A DNA stretch of 63,424 nt, counting the filler, from Stramenopiles sp. TOSAG23-2 (taxonomy: Eukaryota), in assembly GCA_900128395.1 (NCBI GenBank). It is 6 parts of 6 records of this genome, joined end to end, with 100 filler letters (N's around TTAATTAATTAA, not from the genome) between each part and the next. Parts side by side here need not be neighbours in the genome. Positions count along the whole stretch, not along the records: positions 28,423 to 56,626 come from LT649404.1; positions 56,727 to 58,326 come from LT652626.1; positions 58,427 to 60,026 come from LT652627.1; positions 60,127 to 61,725 come from LT652628.1; positions 61,826 to 63,424 come from LT652629.1; 1 more part is not named here. One strand, 5' to 3'. Positions 55,701 through 63,424 of this stretch are shown piece after piece; position 1 is the stretch's first letter; each line of letters opens with the position of its first letter. Under the pieces are notes generated by a model. That model was not told where the DNA came from, made no database searches, and saw only the letters and a list, made by a program, of their open reading frames with translations. Both the position numbers and the translations under genes were made by a program.

Positions 55701-56026
55701 GTGTATGGTAATTTCTTTTTGTTTGTGTACTGTATGTGTCCTCTTTGTGCATGTGTAAGTGTGCACGTCCGTCTCGGAGGTCTTGTGTGCGTATTTATTA
55801 ATTGTAATTGTTCCGCTTGTGAAAGATTTTTGAAAATTTTCAAAATGTCCTCACTACTGATAGTGTTAAGATTAGGGTTTTGAAGATGCACTCGCGAATT
55901 TTCACTAACAATTTCTGTTTTGACATAATTTGAGGTATTTTCTGATAGATTTTCGGGTTCATCAATCTTTATTTGGTTACTGAGTGTGTTTGAAGTATAA
56001 TTATATTGTTTATTTTCCAGAATCAT
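52751..56026 (-). CDS. Large putative tyrosine recombinase/integrase
   Basis: Catalytic motifs in the expected order: R in LSYELKCRQ (54221-54223), K in YVKHHKNAHTNG (54077-54079), HxxR = HLGR (53375-53386), H...Y = DHTTERIAINSY (53222-53254). First ATG at 56026. Confidence 0.68.
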   Translation of the reverse strand: MILENKQYNYTSNTLSNQIKIDEPENLSENTSNYVKTEIVSENSRVHLQNPNLNTISSEDILKIFKNLSQAEQLQLINTHTRPPRRTCTLTHAQRGHIQYTNKKKLPYTKKLPMFLVRNFNKFNPVKIEDTNEEGAICIQKEELVGRPNNCIYFDGKHAYISLYGISKEVNAVIEQNARMLECYTQRRDEKEHYNIVRKRMRELLIQNDPHFNKSIKTLKIWDLQHLEIILNHMKKTDYRVKQSTRKEVQTALRACILNPRKEEKFIWVLSRYSQRNERELLDNYRGSKNFVRMANEKQPFLPKGIMKYVKNANKSFYPIRLEDNKRTIASLMTQYYAHIKNVTVDRILEAEGDGYGFKIEETLIHGESISTIAKNIANALKILAYSTRKKCTNGIIEECHMIMGVRKFRGNRRKNCQPLYGGSAKESKCKLKRLKEEIAQIVKGYSVPSQTEFNEMIQTTGIALNVTRDVDLTLKKYNETNFRGNFGNPNTYYPLIPFWHLRAHLPVTITSWEQFVKFMLHNKKAVTWVRLYISASVVAKVFSKEKATKSIYGDDPTIIGSQCDEIMDMFMNIRQQLRGNVRARYISVLLTAVLSYELKCRQPLLKKIYIISEIEFKKRFDIQDMTMLTHGLHIIVHDGYYRIYVKHHKNAHTNGRNIDLEGSQLQKYKYLYPLLDDIVWAYEQLTGHRVKHNNYEPRYYISNFSPSLSEYSGYNRMVKCHTFPLIYPFYENGNRSYMTVRGIPTDATEVYLKGDIEDMIPMDLKKKHINKWTNNKYIESLTDKKVSIIVDGREIQEKLLPMKHAPEAQTAAYTPFSVVKSSGDSIMKSYDILNYILKNIENEIILDKKYFGGEVKFKYKFPISEQLKTMSKECSISFKHLGRYGSDQLKLAALNLLQTELRSVPDVVREVKYQKERIMEAADHTTERIAINSYKPCKSDALHDFSQLIIGKSVLSNEELQIMAERMASHPTIRPTRQSIPDKFIPATITEGELKPRLSDMSRLNAHERAMQIFYLQSVWKVYEVLDDLETKISNPSDLHIAVRKRYDEVMKKAGQIWDKKHGSSVCDCVTRCLKRKKEDNNGSNKKRRL

Positions 56027-56626
56027 TATTTTTTGACTTTTTTTGTTTTCGACATTTTTCACTATATGCGGATATTTTCTGAAGTTTGTCCCCAAAATAT
56101 CACAATAGGAATACTGGATTCTGATTGGCTGAAAACTAAATTACTATAACACACAGTTTGGCGCTCTTTTCTTGTCAACTATAAATATTACTATATAAAT
56201 ATAATCAATGATAGCATGTATTTTAGTGACACTACAGAAATAGTATATAATCACCGAATGTTAAAAATATTTAAGGACTCTAAATTTGTGTACAATTTTT
56301 TTCATGGGAGATGAAAACATTTCTTAAAATTCTAATACCAAGGAAATAGTATGGAAATATAAAAAGTTTTAAGAAATGTTAAATGAATATTTTGGATCAT
56401 TTTACTCTATCATAAGAATACCATTAATTTTTCTGATAGCTCTACCACAGCATCTGTGTCCAAAACGATCACATCAGACGCGTGCTGTCCAGCTGTGTGG
56501 CGCCAACAGAGAAGAGAAGAAGAGTTGCAAGAGATGGGATTTTTATGGTGGAAATTCTTCAAACCATACCAAATATATATATATATATATATTAGAGATT
56601 CATATAATTGGGGGGGGGGGGAATTT

Positions 56627-56726
56627 NNNNNNNNNNNNNNNNNNNNNNNNNNNNNNNNNNNNNNNNNNNNTTAATTAATTAANNNNNNNNNNNNNNNNNN
56701 NNNNNNNNNNNNNNNNNNNNNNNNNN
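56627..56726. other. Assembly gap with TTAATTAATTAA linker
   Basis: N44-linker-N44. Confidence 0.99.
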
Positions 56727-57444
56727 ATCCTATAGGGCCCAACCAGTCAAGAGCAGAACTTTCACCTAAATCTGTCCCTATAGTTTTCAATGTATCATCC
56801 ACTAGGTCATCAGCAACATCACCAGTTACATCACCCGTTTCGCCTGTTACATCACCCGTAGCATCTGTTTCTCCCTGGGTTTCTTCAGTAGCATTTGATG
56901 TTTGTAACCGTCTCGCACTTGTCTCAGGGTCTTGTTCAACGCTTCTAGTAAATGGCGAGGAATTGGTATCTTCAAAATCACCTCCGTATGGAGTTCTGCT
57001 TTCTGTCATTTCCACATCTCCACTACTACTTGGGGGTTCTTGCTCTTCCACAGGGGATTGTGTTTCATCTTCTTGAACAGGTTGCTCTTCGTTCGCTGTG
57101 TCATCTGCTTGATTGTCTTGATTGGCTTTGTATTCATTGTATTTCTTTTTTACAAAATTAACACTTTTTTTCAAGTTCGCGTATCCTTTCTTGACATTGG
57201 GGAAGCCTTGAATCATTTCTTTAGCTCCCAATCCGCCACCAATTCCGCCTTCAAGGAACTCGCGTGCACTGGATTCTAATCCACTAGCTTTGCTTTGCAG
57301 TTGTGCTACTTTACTTGCTCGTTTGTATTCCATTCCTGACCTTACAGCTGCCAATCGTTCCGCCCGTTGGTTAATAATAGAATTCAGCTCGCTATTATAA
57401 CCACCAAGATCTGTTTGGTATTCGTATGGGTTGTTCATATACAT
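56727..57444 (-). CDS. Viral-island hypothetical protein, acidic/Gly-rich, truncated at the gap (possible virion protein)
   Basis: ATG 10 nt after the ATPase stop. Helical N-terminus, GGIGGGLG, acidic linker with TGD[VA] repeats; runs into the gap at LDWLGPIG. Confidence 0.7.
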
Positions 57445-57454
57445 ATAACCAACA

Positions 57455-58258
57455 TTATTTTTCTTCGTCGTCCTTGACACTATCTTCTTCTAAATCGCTA
57501 TTTTCTTCGCTTACATCTTTGGAAGAACTTGGGTAAATTTGTTCGGTGAAATTCTTATACGCTCGTCCAGTATCGAGTTGCAAGTAAAGCCACGCATATT
57601 CTTCTTGAGCACAATAATTGAACATTTTCATAAAGTTACTGTTGCCGCCATACGCATCCGCATACTCGTCCATCAAGGCATTCAGTTCACGCTTGTTCTT
57701 GATGTTGGTGCTTATCAAAACTCCTGTGGCATTTGCGCGAATTAACGGAGACATTTCCATAAATTTTTGCGTGCTTAATATGACCATACACGGATCTCCA
57801 GGCTCAACATAATGTCTAAATCTACAACAATGGAAAGCAATTTTATTATTCTTGCGTCCCATTTTCGAAGTTTGCCCCAAGAAATCGTCCAACACAATCA
57901 AGTAGCTAGTATCTTCTTTGTTGTCTATCTTTTCAAGCTGCCGTTTCACCACACCATCTATAATTTCATCGCTGTATTCAGTATGGCAATTGCCTTTGTA
58001 TTTTTCATATAAAAAGCGACTGGTCTGGTCATTTTGGATGGTGGGACTGATAATCGTGACATTATCGAACATATCGTTGTAAAATGAATTGCGTAAAATT
58101 AATGTATTCAACAAGGTTGATTTTCCAGACCGTATCGCACCTACCACGATCAACAATTGACCCTTATACACATCAGGAATGCTTTCAGGAAGCTCCTTCA
58201 TTTTTTTTGATTTCTTTATTTCGGGTGGCTTGACAGGTAAGATGTCTAAACTGTTCAT
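57455..58258 (-). CDS. A32-like (FtsK-HerA) viral DNA-packaging ATPase
   Basis: Walker A GAIRSGKST, IISPT, Walker B LIVLDDF, RHY, ILSTQ and IRAN. Size (~267 aa) and motif order match Polinton/PLV/virophage packaging ATPases. Confidence 0.92.
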   Translation of the reverse strand: MNSLDILPVKPPEIKKSKKMKELPESIPDVYKGQLLIVVGAIRSGKSTLLNTLILRNSFYNDMFDNVTIISPTIQNDQTSRFLYEKYKGNCHTEYSDEIIDGVVKRQLEKIDNKEDTSYLIVLDDFLGQTSKMGRKNNKIAFHCCRFRHYVEPGDPCMVILSTQKFMEMSPLIRANATGVLISTNIKNKRELNALMDEYADAYGGNSNFMKMFNYCAQEEYAWLYLQLDTGRAYKNFTEQIYPSSSKDVSEENSDLEEDSVKDDEEK

Positions 58259-58326
58259 ATTACAAATTGCAAAGATTAAAAATAGTCGTCCCACACGCTT
58301 TTCTCAGGTTGTTTCTTGACTATTTT

Positions 58327-58426
58327 NNNNNNNNNNNNNNNNNNNNNNNNNNNNNNNNNNNNNNNNNNNNTTAATTAATTAANNNNNNNNNNNNNNNNNN
58401 NNNNNNNNNNNNNNNNNNNNNNNNNN
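58327..58426. other. Assembly gap with TTAATTAATTAA linker
   Basis: N44-linker-N44. Confidence 0.99.
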
Positions 58427-59611
58427 GATACCATACCAATCTTTCGTCGCACCAACGGAGGTATCTTCTGTCCAGGTCGCAGCAGCAGTCGTTGATGCTT
58501 GTGTTGTGGTTGTTGTCGTTGGTGATTGTGTTGTGGTAGTTGTGGCTGTGAGTAATGGGTTGTGGTAAAAGGTGACGTAGCCTTGTGTTGCCCCAACCAC
58601 GACTGTGTCTCCATCAACTGCCACAGATGCCCCAAATTTACTACTGGCTGTTTCCCCCTCGAATTTGGCCAGTAAAGACCACCCAGATGTGTTGTGTTGG
58701 TAGATGGCAGTGTAGCCTTGTTCGGAGTCCCAAAGTTCGGCACCGACAACGGTCACGTTCCCACTGATCCCTACAGAAGTCCCAATCCTGTCACCCGTTT
58801 CCCCTACAAATTTAACCGTCTTAAACCACCCGGAGGCATTGCGTTGGTAGACCGTAGCGCTGCCTCTATTAGAGTCTGATGTATTAGTACCAATAATAGC
58901 CGTATCGCGATCGACCGCCACAGAACTCCCAACCCGATCACTGTTTATTTCCCCCTCGATCTTGGTAAATTCAAACCACCCAGAGGTGTTGCGTTGGTAG
59001 ATGGTGGCGTAGCCTCGGGCGGAGTTACATTCATTGGCGCCGACCATTACCGTGTCTCCATTGACCGCCACGGAATACCCAAACCGACAGCTAACGGCTT
59101 CCCCTTCAAACTGGGCTGATTCAAACCATCCTGAGGCGTTGCGTTGGTAGATGGTGGCGTATCCTTGGTCTGAGTTCCATTTGTAGGCACCGAACACGGC
59201 CGTGTCCCCATCGATTGCTGCGGACGAACCAAAGAAGCTGCCGGATTTCCCAGTGAAATTGGCGGATTCAAACCACCCACTGGTGTTGCGAGCATAGATG
59301 GTGGCGTATCCTTGGTTGGAGTTCCAAGACCTAGCACCAACCACGGCTGTGTCCCCGTCGACCGCAACGGAACTCCCAAACTGACTGTCGGTTTTCCCTG
59401 TTAACTCAGCAGATTTAAACCATCCAGAGGCGTTGCGGTTGTAGATCGTGGGGGGATACCCAACTATGATCGTGTCTCCATCGATCGCGACACAATACCC
59501 GAAATGCGATGTTTTCGTGACCTTTTCCACTTCCGTCCAAGTGGACCATCCAGACTCAAGGAGCATCAACAGCAGCAAAATTGAGAATAGTGTTTTTTTT
59601 AAAATATTCAT
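58427..59611 (-). CDS. Secreted FG-GAP-repeat beta-propeller protein with a Thr-rich stalk (truncated at the gap)
   Basis: Signal peptide. Seven repeats of FGxSVA[VI]xGDTxxVGA...G.ATIYxRNxSGW, then a mucin-like TTTTTQSPTTTTT. Confidence 0.88.
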
Positions 59612-60026
59612 AGAAAAAAGGCAGTCAATTTAATAAACTTTTAAAATGGTAAATTTTTTCAGTCTAAACAAATTACATTATACTGTAAAATGATGTTTTG
59701 TTTGATTCGAATTGTGATTGAAATTGGTTAACAAATTGTTCGTGAAAATTGTACAACTATTGTAAAAGTTATCGTGCGAAAGTTAGTTGGGAGTTGATTG
59801 TTTTACGACTATACATGCTAAAATATTATATATAGTGTTAATAATCATGCTAACAATATTAATAATAATAATAATATATATATATAAGTACCCAGTATTA
59901 AAAATTAAAAAGTAGTATAATAATTTCAATAATAGTGGAGATTGGAGATGATTTTTTTCTTTGTTCTTCAGCTGCTGCTGTTAAAATTCTTCTCATCATC
60001 ACGCCCCGCCGTTGAACCTTTCTTCA

Positions 60027-60126
60027 NNNNNNNNNNNNNNNNNNNNNNNNNNNNNNNNNNNNNNNNNNNNTTAATTAATTAANNNNNNNNNNNNNNNNNN
60101 NNNNNNNNNNNNNNNNNNNNNNNNNN
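60027..60126. other. Assembly gap with TTAATTAATTAA linker
   Basis: N44-linker-N44. Confidence 0.99.
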
Positions 60127-60201
60127 ATATATATATATATATATATATATACTTCGTATATATTAAATATTGATACGTCGTACGTATACTGTATGTATAC
60201 A

Positions 60202-61293
60202 TCACCGTTTAGTTCTAACACTCCCGTCCTCTTCTACAATCAAATTTGTTGGACGGGTTTGTTGTTCTACAAAATTATCACTATAACCGTCTTCATTGTC
60301 CAAAGTTTTGGAAGACATATATTGTGAAGTCAATGAATCGATTGTCTCTGGTGGGAGTAAACTAGCAGCATCCGACGCAGTTGTTTGTGCGGCAATAAAT
60401 AATGCTTCTTGTAATGTTTCAACTTCTTCTTTATAGCTTTTTAACATTTCTTGAACACGGCTTCTTCTATCTACTTCGCGACGTAAATCATCATTTTTAC
60501 CACGCAATTGTGCAACTAGATCATCATTTCTATCTCTTTGCTCCTCTAGCAATTGCAAGGTTTCTTGATGGGATTCCTCAATTTGCGCAATAGAGTCCCT
60601 TACCAAACGTATCATACGCCAAAATCTACCGATTCCAAGCAATTTCACTGCTACTGATTCATAACTTGCACTTAAAAAAACTTGGGTGCCAACAACTCCA
60701 AAATCAACAACATAACCTGGATGCGAAAATGTTCGTACCCCAAACGCTATCAACGCAAAAATTAATTCTAAAAAAAATACTATCGTCATGAAAACACTCG
60801 CATATTCTAAAAAGTTATTGATTGAGTCAGCCTTGGAAAGGTATGGTATGGCACCTAATTTTGTAAATAACCTTACAAGAGCTATAATAATATCTAATAC
60901 AACTAGAACAACAATCACTACTTGAATATCAGAACTTTCTAATGTTGCACCAAGCCGTTTTCGTAATGGCAAACGTGCTCGTACTTTTTTACGTCGACGT
61001 TCTTTCGAAGTTGTGGAATACATGTCAACCTCATCAGGGTCGTCATCTGAATTGAATTCATCATCATCATCGTATTCCTCTTCACTATATTTATTACGAT
61101 TGTTTTCTTCCTGTTCATCCCTTCTTATATCATTTTCATTAACATCTTTTTCGTTAATAATATTTCTTACATTCTTCTTTGCATATACATTTTTTGTATT
61201 ACGTTTGTCTGCTCTTCTTTGTGCCCTTTGTCGCATGTTTTTAAACGCAATTTTTTGTTCTTGAATCAATCGTAATAGTATTGTATTAGTCAA
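60202..61293 (-). CDS. HVCN1: Voltage-gated proton channel Hv1-like (voltage-sensor-only protein with C-terminal coiled coil); true start uncertain
   Basis: S1 VVLVVLDII (selectivity Asp), S2 FFLEL, S3 VVDFGVV and S4 RFWRMIR (RxWRxxR signature). No pore domain; coiled coil follows S4. Confidence 0.8.
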   Translation of the reverse strand: MTNTILLRLIQEQKIAFKNMRQRAQRRADKRNTKNVYAKKNVRNIINEKDVNENDIRRDEQEENNRNKYSEEEYDDDDEFNSDDDPDEVDMYSTTSKERRRKKVRARLPLRKRLGATLESSDIQVVIVVLVVLDIIIALVRLFTKLGAIPYLSKADSINNFLEYASVFMTIVFFLELIFALIAFGVRTFSHPGYVVDFGVVGTQVFLSASYESVAVKLLGIGRFWRMIRLVRDSIAQIEESHQETLQLLEEQRDRNDDLVAQLRGKNDDLRREVDRRSRVQEMLKSYKEEVETLQEALFIAAQTTASDAASLLPPETIDSLTSQYMSSKTLDNEDGYSDNFVEQQTRPTNLIVEEDGSVRTKR

Positions 61294-61725
61294 GCAAAGA
61301 AAAAAGTAGAATATAAAAAATGAAGTTTACTGAAAATGAAATTGAAAATTATTAATTTTTTATAAATATATAGATCTATATATAGAATATATATATTATT
61401 ATTGCGGTTGTTCCATTATTTTGAACATAATAAATAATAATAAAATATAAACTAAAAAAACGTGAAAACAAAATATTTGAATACCGGGAATACCTCCATG
61501 GAATAGCAACAATAATATAATTCAAAGAGTTTCTCTTTCTTTTTTTGATGAATAATTTAAAGAATTAAAAATTTTAAGGTATTCCTTCACGGAGTAGACA
61601 GAACCATCAGAGAGAACCATGAAGACCTTGCTGCCTTGGGCTGGCCCGGGCTGGGCCGCGCTCAGAATTCCTGATTATGGGCTGTAGCTAGGGAAGACGA
61701 GGCGTTTAGTGAAGGGATCGAGTAG

Positions 61726-61825
61726 NNNNNNNNNNNNNNNNNNNNNNNNNNNNNNNNNNNNNNNNNNNNTTAATTAATTAANNNNNNNNNNNNNNNNNNN
61801 NNNNNNNNNNNNNNNNNNNNNNNNN
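61726..61825. other. Assembly gap with TTAATTAATTAA linker
   Basis: N44-linker-N44. Confidence 0.99.
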
Positions 61826-62063
61826 ATTGCCAGATTGCCAGATTGCCACAGGATGCCACAGGATTGCCGCATCAGGATTGCCAGATTTAGATTGCTGTGG
61901 ATTGCCAGATGATTGCACCACTGTGCTCTTTTTCTGTCTAATCTATTAAATTAAGTATTACACTATTTATTACATTTTGTTGGGGTTATTCATATATATC
62001 TGTATATACATATTTATATATAAATGAAAAAAATATTCATAGTAGGTATAGTAATTTAAAACC

Positions 62064-63119
62064 ATGATACAAACACCATTTACCAAACGTTTAGGTATCA
62101 CCCATCCAATATTATTAGCAGGTATGGCAAATATATCTAAGGCTGATTTAGCAGCTGCTGTATCGAATGCTGGTGGATTAGGTGTAGTTGGAGGTGCATT
62201 TATTACACCTGCAGAATTAAGAAAGGAATTGAAAATGTTAAAGGAACAATTAAATTCTCCAGATTTACCTTTTGGTGTTGATTTATTATTACCAAAAATT
62301 GGAGGTGGTGCGCGAGCAACAAATCATGATTATACAAACGGTACTATCTATGAGCTTGTTCAAGTGATGATAGAGGAAGGTTGTAAAATATTTGTTTGTG
62401 CCGTGGGCGTGCCGCCAAAAGCTGTTGTCGATCAATTGCATTCAGCAGGTATTATGGTAATGAACATGGTTGGCAGTGCAAAACATGTGCCAAAAGCTTT
62501 AGCAGTTGGCGTTGATGCTATTTGTGCACAAGGAACCGAAGCAGGTGGGCATACAGGTGATATTGCAACCATGCCATTAATTCCACAATGTGTCGATGCA
62601 TGTCGTGGTAAGACTTCCCCATTGCATGGTGGTCCAATTGCAGTCGTAGGGGCAGGGGGGATCTTTGATGGCCGTGGCCTTGCTGCTGCATTATCATTAG
62701 GTGCAGAAGCGGTATGGGTTGGAACGCGTTTTGTTGCAAGTACTGAAGCAACTGCTGGTCCGAGACACAAGAATTTTATTGTCAAAACCAATTCAGATGA
62801 AACTGTACGTACATTGATTTTTTCTGGCCGTCCTATGCGTGTATTTAAAAGTAATTATATCCAAGATTGGCAAAGCAAGCGCCCATTAGAGCGTGATGAG
62901 TTATTGAAATCCGGAAAACGACCGTATAAAACTGATTTAGTTGCAAATGATGAGAAAGGAACCCCATTGGATTTCATTGAAACATACCCAATGATCTATG
63001 GACAAAGTTGTGGGGGAATTGACGAAATTTTACCGGCAAAAGATATTGTTTTAAACATGGTTAATGAAGCTACAAAAATTATTCAAAATAATACATCATT
63101 TTTAATATCAAAGATGTAA
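62064..63119 (+). CDS. Nitronate monooxygenase / 2-nitropropane dioxygenase family flavoenzyme
   Basis: HPILLAGM, AAAVSNAGGLG, AQGTEAGGHTG and GAGGIFDGRGLAAALSLGAEAVWVGTRF. Confidence 0.93.
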   Translation: MIQTPFTKRLGITHPILLAGMANISKADLAAAVSNAGGLGVVGGAFITPAELRKELKMLKEQLNSPDLPFGVDLLLPKIGGGARATNHDYTNGTIYELVQVMIEEGCKIFVCAVGVPPKAVVDQLHSAGIMVMNMVGSAKHVPKALAVGVDAICAQGTEAGGHTGDIATMPLIPQCVDACRGKTSPLHGGPIAVVGAGGIFDGRGLAAALSLGAEAVWVGTRFVASTEATAGPRHKNFIVKTNSDETVRTLIFSGRPMRVFKSNYIQDWQSKRPLERDELLKSGKRPYKTDLVANDEKGTPLDFIETYPMIYGQSCGGIDEILPAKDIVLNMVNEATKIIQNNTSFLISKM

Positions 63120-63196
63120 TTTGGATTAAAAGTTTATTAATTTTTTCTAAAATGGGCTATTTGTAAGACATTTGCCTAATAATGTTGAGTATCAAT

Positions 63197-63283
63197 GGGA
63201 ATTAACGAAATTTTACCAGCTAAAGATAATTGTTTTAAACATGGTTAATGAAGCTACAAAAATTATTCTAAATAATACATCAT
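63197..63283 (+). repeat. Degenerate duplicate of the 3' end of the nitronate monooxygenase gene (63014-63099)
   Basis: Near-identical ~86-nt copy with a few substitutions and a 1-nt insertion. Confidence 0.9.
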
Positions 63284-63424
63284 TATTTCTACGATCCTTG
63301 GTCTGATGTGAAATCTCGAAATCCAATATCAAATATCAAAAATTTATGATGACCTCAACACTTTACAAAATAATTAAAATTAAAAATAAAACTATACACT
63401 ATTGTAAAAATATACATTAAAATA

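Larger units (their letters stand above)
43200..59800. mobile_element. Endogenous Polinton-like virus / virus-derived island (boundaries approximate; spans two gaps)
   Basis: Compact intronless genes with short spacers. AEP-SF3 primase-helicase, tyrosine-recombinase motifs, A32-like packaging ATPase, many small ORFans and a tandem-repeat array. Lacks the poly-Asn/poly-Gln tracts typical of flanking host genes. Confidence 0.82.

Noticed and set aside
56376-56626. Short ORFs running into the gap at the end of the replication contig
   Set aside because: No motif, no clear start, and they end in (AT)n/poly-G near a contig end.
45606-58258. Giant-virus (NCLDV) insertion or classical Polinton/Maverick
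   Set aside because: No PolB, RNA polymerase, transcription factors, rve integrase or adenain protease were seen. Size and gene set fit a PLV better, although gaps prevent a firm exclusion.
43000-59900. Terminal inverted repeats or a target-site duplication for the viral island
   Set aside because: I compared 43.0-44.0 kb with the reverse complement of 59.6-59.9 kb and with the G-run near 56610-56621 by eye and found no convincing match, so the boundaries remain approximate.
28323-61825. TTAATTAATTAA repeated five times as a biological motif
   Set aside because: It is always centred in exactly 88 Ns, so it is an artificial scaffold linker.

Overview
AT-rich, intron-poor eukaryotic scaffold, probably from a protist (stramenopile-like gene repertoire; inference). 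It is made of six contigs joined by five artificial 100-nt gaps (N44-TTAATTAATTAA-N44). About 1-43 kb and 60-63 kb carry ordinary host genes: an epsin-related ENTH protein, a TylF-type methyltransferase, a mitochondrial folate carrier, bL28m, a GT2 glycosyltransferase, an importin-beta-like protein, a MORN protein, an ANK-TPR-RGS-IQ-WW protein, a TLC protein, FANCD2 split by a homopolymer frameshift, an Hv1 proton channel and a nitronate monooxygenase. From about 43.2 kb to about 59.8 kb lies a gene-dense virus-like island best read as an endogenous Polinton-like virus (PLV). It encodes a 1200-aa PrimPol-type primase/SF3-helicase fusion, followed directly by a 63/64-bp iteron-like tandem array. 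It also carries about 8 small ORFans, an unusually large (~1090-aa) protein with a full set of tyrosine-recombinase catalytic motifs, an A32/FtsK-like packaging ATPase and a secreted FG-GAP beta-propeller. I could not see a capsid gene, a pPolB or terminal repeats, and the ATPase and FG-GAP contigs are linked to the rest only across gaps. All family calls come from motif recognition by eye; no database search was run.
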